DNA of 64,000 nucleotides, taken from IMG/VR virus record IMGVR_UViG_3300001688_000618, positions 659 through 64,658 of that record; one strand, given 5' to 3'. The DNA comes from a virus. Both the position numbers and the translations under genes were made by a program. Below, in pieces: positions 40,356 through 49,698 of this stretch. The stretch's first letter is position 1, and every line of letters starts with the position of its first letter. The notes beneath the pieces were generated by a model that did not search any database, was not told the origin of the DNA, and was given only the letters and a program-made list of their open reading frames with translations.

Positions 40356-40440
40356 AACCCCATCGATCAGACTTTAGCACCTTGCTATTGCAGGTTGCTG
40401 TGACTTCACAGGGTCTGTCCCTCCGCCACTCTTTATGGTT
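40356..40440 (-). ncRNA. SAM riboswitch (SAM-I clan, likely SAM-I/IV variant lacking P4)
   Basis: CCATAAAGAGTGGCGGAGGGACAGACCCTGTGAAGTCACAGCAACC...AAGGTGCTAAAGTCTGATCGATGG; CAGAC/GTCTG pseudoknot; directly upstream of metK. Confidence 0.88.
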
Positions 40441-40448
40441 ATGTGCAT

Positions 40449-40477
40449 ATGATACACTATTTACTCTCATTTGTCAA
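40449..40477 (-). promoter_or_regulatory. Sigma-A promoter driving riboswitch-metK
   Basis: TTGACA(40477-40472)-17 bp-TATCAT(40454-40449). Confidence 0.7.
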
Positions 40478-41764
40478 ACGCTGTGCTTTCTTTCCTGTAA
40501 ACTCTTCCCACCTTTTTACTGCTAAATCACAGTATGATGGCTCTTTTTCCATTGCATAGCATATTCTTTCCAATTGCTCTGATGCAATGATCGTCGTTCC
40601 GCTACCACAAAATGGCTCTAGAACAATATCGCCTTTGTCTGAATGCATCTTAATACAACGCCAAGGCAACTCAACAGGAAACATTGCAGGATGGTCTTTG
40701 TTAACCTTAACTGTGTTTATCTCCCATATTGCTGAATAACCCCATTTCTTTCGTTCTTCTTTTGTAAGTCGTCTAACAAACTTGAAACTATGGCTCGCAA
40801 ATGCTGAAACCCATTCATATTCCTGATCGTTATATTCTGCATTGTCACCTTTACCACTAAACGCTGAAACATACTCGAATTGCTGAACTGGTTTGTTTGT
40901 AACCAAGTGATAAGGTGCATTGCCAAAGTTCATTCCTTGCTTTTTCCAAATACGAATCCACAAAGGTCTGAAACCTTGCTCTCTGAATAAGTCAACTGAA
41001 TATGCTGTTGTCGGCTCAATGAACTGACCACCTGTTGAATAAAGGTCTCCCAAGTTCCAACAAACAATGCCACTATACTTTGCAACATTCTTTACAACTG
41101 GTCGCATTGTTTCCAACCACGGTTTAATGCCCTGCTCTTCATATTCCTTGCCGACACCATATGGTGGGCTTGTAACTGTTACCTGTGCCTTTGCACCTTG
41201 CATCAACTTTGCAAAGTCCGATTCGTTTCTACTATCACCGCACATCAACCTATGCTCGCCAAGTAACCAAATATCACCAGGCTTTGTTATAGCACCTTGC
41301 TTTTCAATTTTCTCGTGTTCTTCTGTAACATCAAAATTATCTTGAACACTATCCTTTGAATAAAACTCATCAAGGATTTCATCAATTTCTGCAAGGTCAA
41401 AACCTGTAAGCGCAACATCGAAATTTGATGAATCAAGTTCTGCCAACAATTCAGACAACTTATCATTGTCCCAATCACCTTGAATTTTGTTTAATGCGAT
41501 ATTGAGTGCTTTTTCCTTGACTTCATCAATATTGATAACTACGCAGTCAACTTCCTTATATCCTAAATCCTTTAATACTGATAACCTTTGATGTCCACCA
41601 ACCACATGACCTGTGTTCTTGTTCCATATGACTGGCTCAACAAAACCAAACTCTTGAATGCTCTTTTTGAGTTTCTCATATTCCTTGTCGCCAGGTTTCA
41701 ATTCAATTCTTGGATTGTAATCGGCTGGGATAAGTTTTGAAACATTAACCTTTTGAATATCCAT
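40457..41764 (-). CDS. ParB-N-terminal + DNA methyltransferase (SPPY, likely N4-cytosine)
   Basis: YNPR...GGHQR; VTSPPY; HPAMFP; EPFCGSGTT. Confidence 0.92.
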   Translation of the reverse strand: MDIQKVNVSKLIPADYNPRIELKPGDKEYEKLKKSIQEFGFVEPVIWNKNTGHVVGGHQRLSVLKDLGYKEVDCVVINIDEVKEKALNIALNKIQGDWDNDKLSELLAELDSSNFDVALTGFDLAEIDEILDEFYSKDSVQDNFDVTEEHEKIEKQGAITKPGDIWLLGEHRLMCGDSRNESDFAKLMQGAKAQVTVTSPPYGVGKEYEEQGIKPWLETMRPVVKNVAKYSGIVCWNLGDLYSTGGQFIEPTTAYSVDLFREQGFRPLWIRIWKKQGMNFGNAPYHLVTNKPVQQFEYVSAFSGKGDNAEYNDQEYEWVSAFASHSFKFVRRLTKEERKKWGYSAIWEINTVKVNKDHPAMFPVELPWRCIKMHSDKGDIVLEPFCGSGTTIIASEQLERICYAMEKEPSYCDLAVKRWEEFTGKKAQRLTNESK

Positions 41765-42264
41765 TACTTATCACCTCGCAACAACTGTTCCATTACATCA
41801 TCATTAGGATTAGTTTCATCCCAGTCACTCAAAACTGATTCCCTAACAACAGCGTATATTTTTGACCAGCACTCATTTGTCTGTTTTAAATAAGTTTGAG
41901 CAAGTGAGACATAAGGGCTCATGATTGCATTACCATTACTAGGATTTTTCATCACAAGTCCGTGTTTGTTGTTCATCTCTTCACACTCAAACCACCTTGC
42001 TTTACAATGAGCATATTCTTCAATGTTGTATGGCAAGACATACTGTGTGCAACCAATTTTATCCAACCACTTAACAACTGTCGAGTAAATCTCTTTTGCT
42101 TTTTCCGTTAAGTAAGCAGGTGGTTCTTTTGGTATTGTTGACTTTACTTTTTTCTTACTATCCAACACTTCAATTGTTCTCTTTCCAGGATTGCCTTCGA
42201 GTATCTTTTCCGTTACGGATTTTCTCGGTCTTCCTGCGTTTGCTCTATATCCACCGCTAGGCAT
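41764..42264 (-). CDS. Terminase small subunit, P27 family
   Basis: Start MPSGGYRANAGRPRK after GGAGG; GNPGKR; C-terminal DDVMEQLL. Confidence 0.85.
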   Translation of the reverse strand: MPSGGYRANAGRPRKSVTEKILEGNPGKRTIEVLDSKKKVKSTIPKEPPAYLTEKAKEIYSTVVKWLDKIGCTQYVLPYNIEEYAHCKARWFECEEMNNKHGLVMKNPSNGNAIMSPYVSLAQTYLKQTNECWSKIYAVVRESVLSDWDETNPNDDVMEQLLRGDK

Positions 42265-42419
42265 TTTTACCTCCTGTTTTGATTTTTTTTTGATTTTATT
42301 TTGATTATTTTTGATTTTGAAATTTTGATTTTTTCCGCAAAAATGACAGAAAAATAGTAAAAAACAGCACAAAAATGCTGTTTTTTCTTAAAATTTCATT
42401 ATTTTTTTTGATTTTTGAT

Positions 42420-42493
42420 TTTGCGAAAGTTTGCGTGAAAGCCCGCCCCCGCTCTCGAGTCAAAAACCTGTAAGGATTTAGATCCCCCTTCCC
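42420..42493 (-). other. Putative cos/packaging site region
   Basis: Isolated GC-rich patch (GGGAAGGGGGATCTAAATC...GAGCGGGGGCGGGC) followed by A-tracts, between the HNH module and terS. Confidence 0.55.
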
Positions 42494-42494
42494 T

Positions 42495-42797
42495 TTAAGA
42501 TTTTTTCTTTCTTTTATCTGTTTCAAAAACATCAGATTGTCCCATATAAGTGAAATGAACTTTACTTCCTTCCACTTTGTTTATGGTCACATTCTTACTT
42601 TCCATTCCAAAGCCTGCTTGGCTCCAGAATTTATCAATTGTTTTTTGACTGTTCGTTTTTATACCTCTGTGCCTTTGAAGAATCTCCTGTGTTTCCGCAA
42701 CTGACTTAACTGGTTTGAAACCAGCATCTCTCATTGCACTTAGGACATCCTCTGCGTTCCTTTTAGAAACATAAGAACTGCCACCTCTTCCGCCCAT
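42495..42797 (-). CDS. Small phage protein (MGGRG N-terminal family)
   Basis: MGGRGGSS start, GGAGGAG RBS; this family typically follows DUF4417. Confidence 0.7.
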   Translation of the reverse strand: MGGRGGSSYVSKRNAEDVLSAMRDAGFKPVKSVAETQEILQRHRGIKTNSQKTIDKFWSQAGFGMESKNVTINKVEGSKVHFTYMGQSDVFETDKRKKKS

Positions 42798-42810
42798 AAT
42801 AACTCCTCCT

Positions 42811-43452
42811 TTATTTACCGATTCTCATTGATTTAAATTTTTCATCCATAATATAACCCATCGGCACGATTATACTTCTATCCAACTCCGCTGGAATATT
42901 ACCCCAAAACAATACTTTTGTTGGTTTTAACCGTTTTAACATTTCTGCATAACCTTCCAAAAATAACTGTTTACTTTCAGTGTTTCTCTGTGTCCCAATA
43001 CTTGAAACCGCAACAACACTATCTCTTGGCTCGCCGTCAAAACACCAACGATAACTTTCTTTATCACTCCAGCATATTGTTGGTATAACTTTAATACCAC
43101 GATCTTGCATATACCTGCCTAACCAATGCTTTTGATAATGCTTGTATATTTGAATCGCCTTTGGATAATCCAGGTATAAACTAAAATCTGGAGATAACAC
43201 GCACCTAAACTTTGCCAACAATGGCATATACTTATCAGGATTGTGCCACAACCTGTTGAATTGGTAGTCATCCAAAAAGAAATGAACACCATAATTAACA
43301 TTACCAGATCGTTCCATTGATTTGCAATAATTAAAACCTATAAACTCAATATTTTCATCAAATTTCTTAAAACCAACTATTGACGGTATATTAAATTTGT
43401 TTTTATCAAAATAATTCGCTTTTTGCAGATTTTCGTTATCTGGCTTATACAT
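42811..43452 (-). CDS. DUF4417-family protein
   Basis: VHFFLDDYQF, LSPDFSLY.DYP, VIPTICW. Confidence 0.8.
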   Translation of the reverse strand: MYKPDNENLQKANYFDKNKFNIPSIVGFKKFDENIEFIGFNYCKSMERSGNVNYGVHFFLDDYQFNRLWHNPDKYMPLLAKFRCVLSPDFSLYLDYPKAIQIYKHYQKHWLGRYMQDRGIKVIPTICWSDKESYRWCFDGEPRDSVVAVSSIGTQRNTESKQLFLEGYAEMLKRLKPTKVLFWGNIPAELDRSIIVPMGYIMDEKFKSMRIGK

Positions 43453-43817
43453 TACTGTTTTCCAAACCTGCTACCTTCAATAATTGATTTCCTGCTGTGG
43501 CAACTCCAACATAAACTTTGTAGGTTATTGAAATCAAACTTCGCACCACCTTGTTTAATTGGCGTTATATGATCCACCAATGTCGCCTTCACAAATGTTC
43601 CGTTCTTTTTACATTCCTCACATAACGGATCCATTGCAAGTTTCTTTTTTCTAACTTTTATCCATTCTGGCGAATTATAAAAGGTTTTTGAAAAGTTATC
43701 TCTTTCATATTTGTTGTAGGTTTTATTTACTTGCTTTTTGTGAACTTCACAGTAATACTCGTTTGTGAGGTTAGGACAACCTGAAAAGTGACATGGTCGC
43801 TTTGGTTGATATGGCAT
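43452..43817 (-). CDS. HNH endonuclease (packaging-associated)
   Basis: MPYQPKRPC..GC, PLCEEC, VDHITP, NLQSLCWSCHSRK. Confidence 0.9.
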   Translation of the reverse strand: MPYQPKRPCHFSGCPNLTNEYYCEVHKKQVNKTYNKYERDNFSKTFYNSPEWIKVRKKKLAMDPLCEECKKNGTFVKATLVDHITPIKQGGAKFDFNNLQSLCWSCHSRKSIIEGSRFGKQ

Positions 43818-43845
43818 ACCTTTCCCTCCTTTGCCTTTCACTTAT

Positions 43846-43914
43846 ATTATACGGCTCAGAACAGACATAGCGTAATCCGCTCGTTCACCTTTCGTAATCT
43901 TTTCGTGACTTTTT
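43846..43914 (-). promoter_or_regulatory. Putative late promoter with four 11-bp-phased repeats
   Basis: TATAAT at 43851-43846; CGT-start units at 43871, 43882, 43893, 43904 (CGTAATC, CGTTCAC, CGTAATC, CGTGACT). Confidence 0.6.
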
Positions 43915-43919
43915 TTGAA

Positions 43920-44261
43920 TCACTTACCCAAATCAGTATAAATTTTTGCTAATTTCTCAACAATTCTGCACTTTTTTTTGTAAATATTGGATTTACATGT
44001 CATTTCTTTTTCTGCAATTTTAGACAATGAAATCTTATCTAAAAATATCATTTTCAATATTTCTCTGTCTTTCAAGCTCAAGCAATTCATCGAGAAGTCT
44101 AACAACCTCATCTCCGACTGCAGAACTTGTAAGTTTTTCTGTAAGATACTCTCTAATTCGTTTTGTTGTATATTTGCGAGGTCTATCTTCGATTTGTTGA
44201 GTTGATAATTTATTAACAAGTTCATCACATGATCGTATGTATCCTTCTCTACCGCTTTCAT
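43920..44261 (-). CDS. RinA/ArpU-like late transcription activator (sigma region 4-like HTH)
   Basis: Start MKAVEK after GGAGG; LSLKDREILKMIFLDKISLSKIAEK; immediately upstream of the late operon. Confidence 0.7.
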   Translation of the reverse strand: MKAVEKDTYDHVMNLLINYQLNKSKIDLANIQQNELESILQKNLQVLQSEMRLLDFSMNCLSLKDREILKMIFLDKISLSKIAEKEMTCKSNIYKKKCRIVEKLAKIYTDLGK

Positions 44262-44703
44262 CCCAAATTGCCTCCAATAAATCAATAATTTTATTTTTAT
44301 ATTTTTCAACCACCCAATCTGGCTCGATAATTGGATTTTCAACCATTGTATCTAACCAAGCCTTAATTCTACCTTCTTCTTCAGCATCCTCTGTCCAGTC
44401 TTCGCAAAAACAAACACCTACAATATTCCATTGCTGAATCTTGCCTTCTAAAACACCTTTACGGATGAATAAATAAACGAATTTATCACAATTTGTTAAG
44501 TATTTTATCTTAAAATAACATTTATTTTGCAGTTTTTTATTAAATTGTAGGTATTCCTTTACTTCTTTCTGCATTGTTTGAAATTTACCATTAAAGCCCA
44601 ATGGAAGTATACTTTCGCCATTTTTCACTTCAAACAAATTAAACAAATCAGCATAATCAAACATAGCCTCGTATGTTATTTTTATTTTAAGTTTTACTCC
44701 CAT
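44035..44703 (-). CDS. Hypothetical protein
   Basis: 222 aa, GGGAGG RBS; 3' end overlaps the activator gene. Confidence 0.55.
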   Translation of the reverse strand: MGVKLKIKITYEAMFDYADLFNLFEVKNGESILPLGFNGKFQTMQKEVKEYLQFNKKLQNKCYFKIKYLTNCDKFVYLFIRKGVLEGKIQQWNIVGVCFCEDWTEDAEEEGRIKAWLDTMVENPIIEPDWVVEKYKNKIIDLLEAIWDESGREGYIRSCDELVNKLSTQQIEDRPRKYTTKRIREYLTEKLTSSAVGDEVVRLLDELLELERQRNIENDIFR

Positions 44704-44715
44704 TGATACCTCCCT

Positions 44716-45024
44716 TTAATGTCTACTTTCGTTTTTAAATGCCTCAATAATAGTCTTTACTTTATCAACAGAATCGACCTTAACCGCCCAGCCACCTGCA
44801 TTGTTTATGGCTGTGATTGTTCTCTGTTGTAAGATTGTGAGATTTTTACCAGGTTGTTTAACTTCAAATGCGATAAACTTACCCCTGTAACAAACAATAA
44901 TGTCTGGAATTCCACTTGTTCCATAAATTCCGCCATGCTCTTTCCAAAAAAACAGATCTTTTACCGTTTTTAAGTACCTTTTGATTGCATCAACGATATT
45001 CTGTTCGCTCATTTTTGCCTCCAT
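44716..45024 (-). CDS. VRR-NUC nuclease
   Basis: GIPDIIVCYRGKFIAFEVK...LQ. Confidence 0.9.
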   Translation of the reverse strand: MEAKMSEQNIVDAIKRYLKTVKDLFFWKEHGGIYGTSGIPDIIVCYRGKFIAFEVKQPGKNLTILQQRTITAINNAGGWAVKVDSVDKVKTIIEAFKNESRH

Positions 45025-45041
45025 TTTTATAAAAAATTTGC

Positions 45042-45150
45042 TGTCACATCCGTCACATCCGTCACAAAAGTGACAGATATGACAAATGACATTAAAATTC
45101 GTTTATATAGGAATTAGTGACACTTGTGACACTTATGACACTTGTGACAG
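45042..45150. repeat. Iteron-like 9-bp repeats, putative replication origin
   Basis: GTCACATCC-type x3, then TGACA units and TGACACTT(G/A)-type x4 in the opposite orientation around an AT-rich core; directly after the primase-helicase gene. Confidence 0.7.
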
Positions 45151-45158
45151 ATATTTTT

Positions 45159-47210
45159 TTATTCTATTTCTGTTTGTGTGTAAGTCGGTCTTGATAACCA
45201 ACTTGGATATTTTGACTTCTTTTTAATGGTTATTTTTCGTTCTACACCACTTCGTGATGTCTCCAGCTCAATTCCACTGCGAGAATAGAGTTTTGGTTTA
45301 AGACTTTGTATTTCTTTACCCAAACCTGAACTACTACCTGCATAACACTGCCCTGTCACATCGTAAATTGCATTCATAAGGTCAGTTGCTTTGCCACTCC
45401 ATCCACTTGGATTCTTTTCAATTAGTTTTAATATTGCTCTTACAACAAGGTTGTCATCGTAGTCTCGTTTTTCCTTCAATGCCTGTTGCTCTTCAGGTGT
45501 GCCTACAACCTCCCATAGAAATGTCCCTGTTCCTTCTCTTTTATCAAAAGTTATAATTGTGCTAGAACTTGGAATATCACGCCCTGTCATTTCGATCGTT
45601 GTATTGTCGTCACCACGCTTTGTTTTGTATAAAACAATCATTGTATCAAGGACACCTTGAATTCCTGTACTACCAAGAATATTGTTAAATGGATCATTAG
45701 GATCAGCCATTTTTCTGCTATGATGCACGAGCAAAATTGCAATTTTATTATCATCAGCAAACTCTTTTAGAATTGATAATTCCTTATAATCGTTTGCATA
45801 GTCATTTGTGTTTTTGTCTATCACATGACTTCTGACTTTCTGCAGAGTATCAATAACAATGAGTTTAATTTTTGGATTTTCGTCAATTTGTTCCGCCAAA
45901 TAAGTGATTAATCTCATTTTGTCTAATGTAGGTGCTTTGATTGAATAGAACAATCCTTTTGGAGAGCGCTGACCATTCCCTTGCTTTTTCTGTCTGCTTT
46001 GCAACCTTGCCTTGCTATCTTCCAAAGCCAAGTACAAACAATCATGTTTATTGCATTTATGCCCCAAGAACTCTGTTCCAAGAGCCACTGACCTGCACAA
46101 TTGCAACATTGCCCAAGATTTACCATACTTTGTAGGCGATGCAAGCAATGACAACCCTGTTGGAATCATATTCTCAACAATGAATTCAGGTGGTTTAATA
46201 TCCATTGTGTCCAATTCAAATGCAGAAAACGAATCATATTCCGTTTGAGTAAGACGCTTTGCATCTCTGATCGCATCTTCAATGTTTTTTGATAACTTTT
46301 TCTCGTCTTTTAGTAACAATTCGTTTGGATCTTTGCAATCATCTGCAATATTTCTAACAATGTACTTAATGTCCTTGATTTTAGATAACTCTTTGACAAG
46401 TTTCTCGGTGTGTTCTCTACCAGGATCGTCGTTGTCAAGACAAATTATCAAAGTGCCTGTTGGCTTTTTCTTCTTTGCAATGTTTACGACTTTCATATAG
46501 CAAGAAACACCGCACAAAGCCACAGCATTTCCGCCACATTGAGTTATGCTCAAAGCACAAATTGGACTTTCAACAATGAAAATTGGGACTCTCGTTTTCA
46601 AACGCATCGCCTGTTCGTTATACAGTGGCTCTTCCCCAGCGTAATTTGTAGGTGGTTTATAGAACTTTTTATCCTTAATATATCGCAACTGATAATAATT
46701 CAACGCCCTTGAGTATGGAATAACAACCGCATCCTTCTTTTCATCATAACCAAGTTTACAAGCAACAATCGTTTCATCCGTAAGCCCACGATCGTGCCAG
46801 TATGTTGTTTTGTGAACATTATCCATACAACTTTTAATGTAGGTTTTTATCTCTTCCTGATTCTTTTCCAATTGTTCTGCCGTCAGTTCATTTGTTTCAA
46901 CCTTTTTGATTTTTGGTGTAGGTGCTTTTCTGCTATATAACGCACCGCTGTCATATAGTTCCTGTACCTTTTTGAACTGTTCTTTAGGATCATCAATTCC
47001 AAAATATAAACCGACAAGATCATATAAATCATAATAGGCATCGCAACCAAAACAATGAGCACGACATTTTCCTTTTTCATATCCCATACTAGGCTTGTCA
47101 TCATCGTGCAGAGGATTCAAACACTTAAAGTTTCTGGCTGTATTTACTCCAAAATAATGTTGCAGAAAATCCTCCGCATAATGTTTGTAATCATTGAATG
47201 TCTTGTCCAT
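45159..47210 (-). CDS. Primase-helicase (Zn finger + TOPRIM + RecA-like AAA)
   Basis: CLNPLHDD...HCFGC; VESPICAL, CLDNDDPG; ASPTKYGKS; IVIDTLQ; LVHHSRK. Confidence 0.88.
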   Translation of the reverse strand: MDKTFNDYKHYAEDFLQHYFGVNTARNFKCLNPLHDDDKPSMGYEKGKCRAHCFGCDAYYDLYDLVGLYFGIDDPKEQFKKVQELYDSGALYSRKAPTPKIKKVETNELTAEQLEKNQEEIKTYIKSCMDNVHKTTYWHDRGLTDETIVACKLGYDEKKDAVVIPYSRALNYYQLRYIKDKKFYKPPTNYAGEEPLYNEQAMRLKTRVPIFIVESPICALSITQCGGNAVALCGVSCYMKVVNIAKKKKPTGTLIICLDNDDPGREHTEKLVKELSKIKDIKYIVRNIADDCKDPNELLLKDEKKLSKNIEDAIRDAKRLTQTEYDSFSAFELDTMDIKPPEFIVENMIPTGLSLLASPTKYGKSWAMLQLCRSVALGTEFLGHKCNKHDCLYLALEDSKARLQSRQKKQGNGQRSPKGLFYSIKAPTLDKMRLITYLAEQIDENPKIKLIVIDTLQKVRSHVIDKNTNDYANDYKELSILKEFADDNKIAILLVHHSRKMADPNDPFNNILGSTGIQGVLDTMIVLYKTKRGDDNTTIEMTGRDIPSSSTIITFDKREGTGTFLWEVVGTPEEQQALKEKRDYDDNLVVRAILKLIEKNPSGWSGKATDLMNAIYDVTGQCYAGSSSGLGKEIQSLKPKLYSRSGIELETSRSGVERKITIKKKSKYPSWLSRPTYTQTEIE

Positions 47211-47237
47211 TAAATCCTCCTTTTTGGTGCTAATTTA

Positions 47238-47936
47238 TTACTCTTCGATTCCTACCTCTGTGAAATCCTGTTTACTTGCTAGCAATTTGACTTGTTCCGC
47301 CATCTTTGAAACCTGCTCAACTTCTGTTGGATTCAAATCGTATGCGTGTGTCAATACAACCTTGCTGTAATTGATACCACCCTGATTTTGTGCCTTTGTT
47401 AAACTGAACTTTGTCACAATTTGATTTGATTTCTTGCCTTTTGAAATAACTCTCATAATGTACTTTGAAAAGTCTCCAATACTGCCAGTTGGCAAAGTCA
47501 AAATTGTAGGTATCGACTCGCCTTCTCTCAAAAGGAATATTCTGCGTTTTGTCTTACATGCTTTTCCGCCATTCTCACCGCTACCAAATTGGTTGAACGG
47601 ACAATCCTTGCATGACTTAACAACGCCTGTTTCTCTTTCAATTCCATTTACACCGTCATAAGAACCACAATCAGGTGCTTGGTTTCCACCAGTGTATTTT
47701 TCCTTGTAATATGAAAGCATTGGATGATGATATAAAATAACTGCATTAAACTCTTTTTGTAGGTCTGGGCTGTTTGGATCATCACCAGGAACTTCAAATG
47801 CTAAACCACCGCCTGCAGGCACTTTGATAATAGGAAACGCTATGTTAAGCCCATCCATTTCATCTGATAGCATGTTGCTCATTTCGTTGTTGATTTGAAT
47901 TTTGTTTTCTTCTTTTTTAACAATTTCGTTACTCAT
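47238..47936 (-). CDS. Phage replication-module protein (Cys-rich; possibly ssDNA-binding)
   Basis: PDCGSYDG, CKDCPFNQFGS, KACK; acidic C-terminus. Confidence 0.6.
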   Translation of the reverse strand: MSNEIVKKEENKIQINNEMSNMLSDEMDGLNIAFPIIKVPAGGGLAFEVPGDDPNSPDLQKEFNAVILYHHPMLSYYKEKYTGGNQAPDCGSYDGVNGIERETGVVKSCKDCPFNQFGSGENGGKACKTKRRIFLLREGESIPTILTLPTGSIGDFSKYIMRVISKGKKSNQIVTKFSLTKAQNQGGINYSKVVLTHAYDLNPTEVEQVSKMAEQVKLLASKQDFTEVGIEE

Positions 47937-47954
47937 TTTTATATCTCCTTAAAA

Positions 47955-48380
47955 TTAATTTTTTCTAATGCTGATGTACTGCTTTTCGTATGTATTAATC
48001 AGTCCATTCAACCATTCTGGCAAAACGCCTTCATTATCTTCTGTGAGTTCCTTTACCTTCGCACTCAATGTTTGAGCGTTTACTGTAAACAAGTAATCCA
48101 TGCCCCTATTTCTGAGTTGTAGGTATAACTCGTCTTTTGTTTCAGGATTTGCACTCCTGAATTCCTTTGTTGCAACAATGAAATTCACTCCGTTGCGTTT
48201 AAAACTGTCTACTTCTTTATCTGTCATCACCGATATAAGTTCCCATTCTCTTGATTCCAACTCAGCATTAATATCTTTAAGTTGCTTTTCTACATCGGTT
48301 TTAATCTTCCTTAACTCCAATACCTCATCGGCTAGAGTCATCATTTTGTCTTCATTTTCCACTGAACTAATCTCCTCCAT
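47955..48380 (-). CDS. Phage coiled-coil replication-module protein
   Basis: N-terminal coiled coil; TVNAQTLSA; start uncertain. Confidence 0.6.
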   Translation of the reverse strand: MEEISSVENEDKMMTLADEVLELRKIKTDVEKQLKDINAELESREWELISVMTDKEVDSFKRNGVNFIVATKEFRSANPETKDELYLQLRNRGMDYLFTVNAQTLSAKVKELTEDNEGVLPEWLNGLINTYEKQYISIRKN

Positions 48381-49698
48381 TGAATAAACTTCGCCAGTTG
48401 TCAACCACCAAATCAGCAATTGACTTTTTGTTTTGAAGTGCTGACATCACTTTTTCATCAATCGTTCCTTGACAAATTAAATGAATGTAGGTGCAGTTGT
48501 TTTTCTGCCCAATTCTATGGATTCTGGCTCTCGCTTGTTCATAGTTGGAATAGTTGAAATCCAAACTATAAAACACAGCTGTGTCTGCCTTTGTGAGCGT
48601 TAATCCCATTCCTGTGGTCTGTATTTGACCTACAAAGACCTTGACTTGTTCATCGTTTTGAAACTTGTCCACTTCTGCCTGTCTATCCTTAACATCGCCT
48701 TTTATCAATGCATAATGAATTTTGTTTTTCTTGAGCATTGATTCTATTGCATCAATCTCAGGAATAAACCTTGCAAATACAACGAGTTTCTTTCCTGCAT
48801 CAATACAGTCATCAATAATCTCTTTCAAAGCATCAAGTTTGACTGTTGAAACTTCTTGCACAACACCGCTCAAATCATCTCTGATGAATCCTCCTGTTAC
48901 CTGTGATGTTCGGAGCAATTTAGTTAAAACATTCGTTACTTTTACCTCACCTTGCATCAACTCTGCATAGCATTCACTTTCAATGCCTTTATAAATCTCC
49001 ATTGCCTTTGGCTCTAAGTGTAGGTGTCTTATAACATCCACCTGCTCTGGCAGATCCAACGCATCCTTTTTTGTTATTCTATAAGCGATTGAATGTGCTT
49101 TTTCTGTTAACTCTGGCAGGTTTTTATAACCAACAACACTGTGGTTTCCATATCCGCCCATAATTGCGTATCTAGCCCTGAAAGCATAATAACTTGATCC
49201 AAATATCGATTCATCCAGGAACTTATACTGTGAAAAGAAATCAAGCGGATTATTTGTTACTGGTGTTCCAGTTAAAATCAAATTGTGCTTTGATGCTTTT
49301 CCTAAACGATGCAGTGCTTTACTCTGCTTTGCTTGTGGATTCTTTATCCTTGTGCTTTCATCACAAATAATCATGTCTGGTTTCCACTTTTGTAGGACAT
49401 CTTCCAATCTCCACGCACTTTCATAATTGATTACAGCCACCTGTAAACCAGTTCCATCCATATGATTTAAAATGTCAAACTTCTTTTTGGTTGAGCCCTC
49501 CAAAACCGCCAACTGATAATCAAAATCAGCAAACTTTGAAAACTCTTCATCCCAAACTGAAACGATGCTCAAAGGTGCAACGATCAATAACCTTTGAATT
49601 TCGCCTTTTTGAAACAACGCACCTGCAATTCCAATTGAAATAAGTGTCTTTCCTGTCCCCATTTCAGCGAGCAATGCTACTGATTTACTTCTTCTCAT
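48367..49698 (-). CDS. SNF2-family helicase (main fragment, lacking Q-motif)
   Basis: EMGTGKT, DEST, LTGTP, GMGLTL, QARARIHRIGQ. Confidence 0.92.
   Translation of the reverse strand: MRRSKSVALLAEMGTGKTLISIGIAGALFQKGEIQRLLIVAPLSIVSVWDEEFSKFADFDYQLAVLEGSTKKKFDILNHMDGTGLQVAVINYESAWRLEDVLQKWKPDMIICDESTRIKNPQAKQSKALHRLGKASKHNLILTGTPVTNNPLDFFSQYKFLDESIFGSSYYAFRARYAIMGGYGNHSVVGYKNLPELTEKAHSIAYRITKKDALDLPEQVDVIRHLHLEPKAMEIYKGIESECYAELMQGEVKVTNVLTKLLRTSQVTGGFIRDDLSGVVQEVSTVKLDALKEIIDDCIDAGKKLVVFARFIPEIDAIESMLKKNKIHYALIKGDVKDRQAEVDKFQNDEQVKVFVGQIQTTGMGLTLTKADTAVFYSLDFNYSNYEQARARIHRIGQKNNCTYIHLICQGTIDEKVMSALQNKKSIADLVVDNWRSLFNGGD

Noticed and set aside
42265..42532. ORF 42305..42532 and the N-terminal extension of terS to 42372
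   Set aside because: Low-complexity A-tract/cos region; the RBS and family motif place the terS start at 42264.
45042..45150. CRISPR array or DGR repeat
   Set aside because: Units are 9 bp with no spacers, and there is no cas or reverse transcriptase gene in the window.
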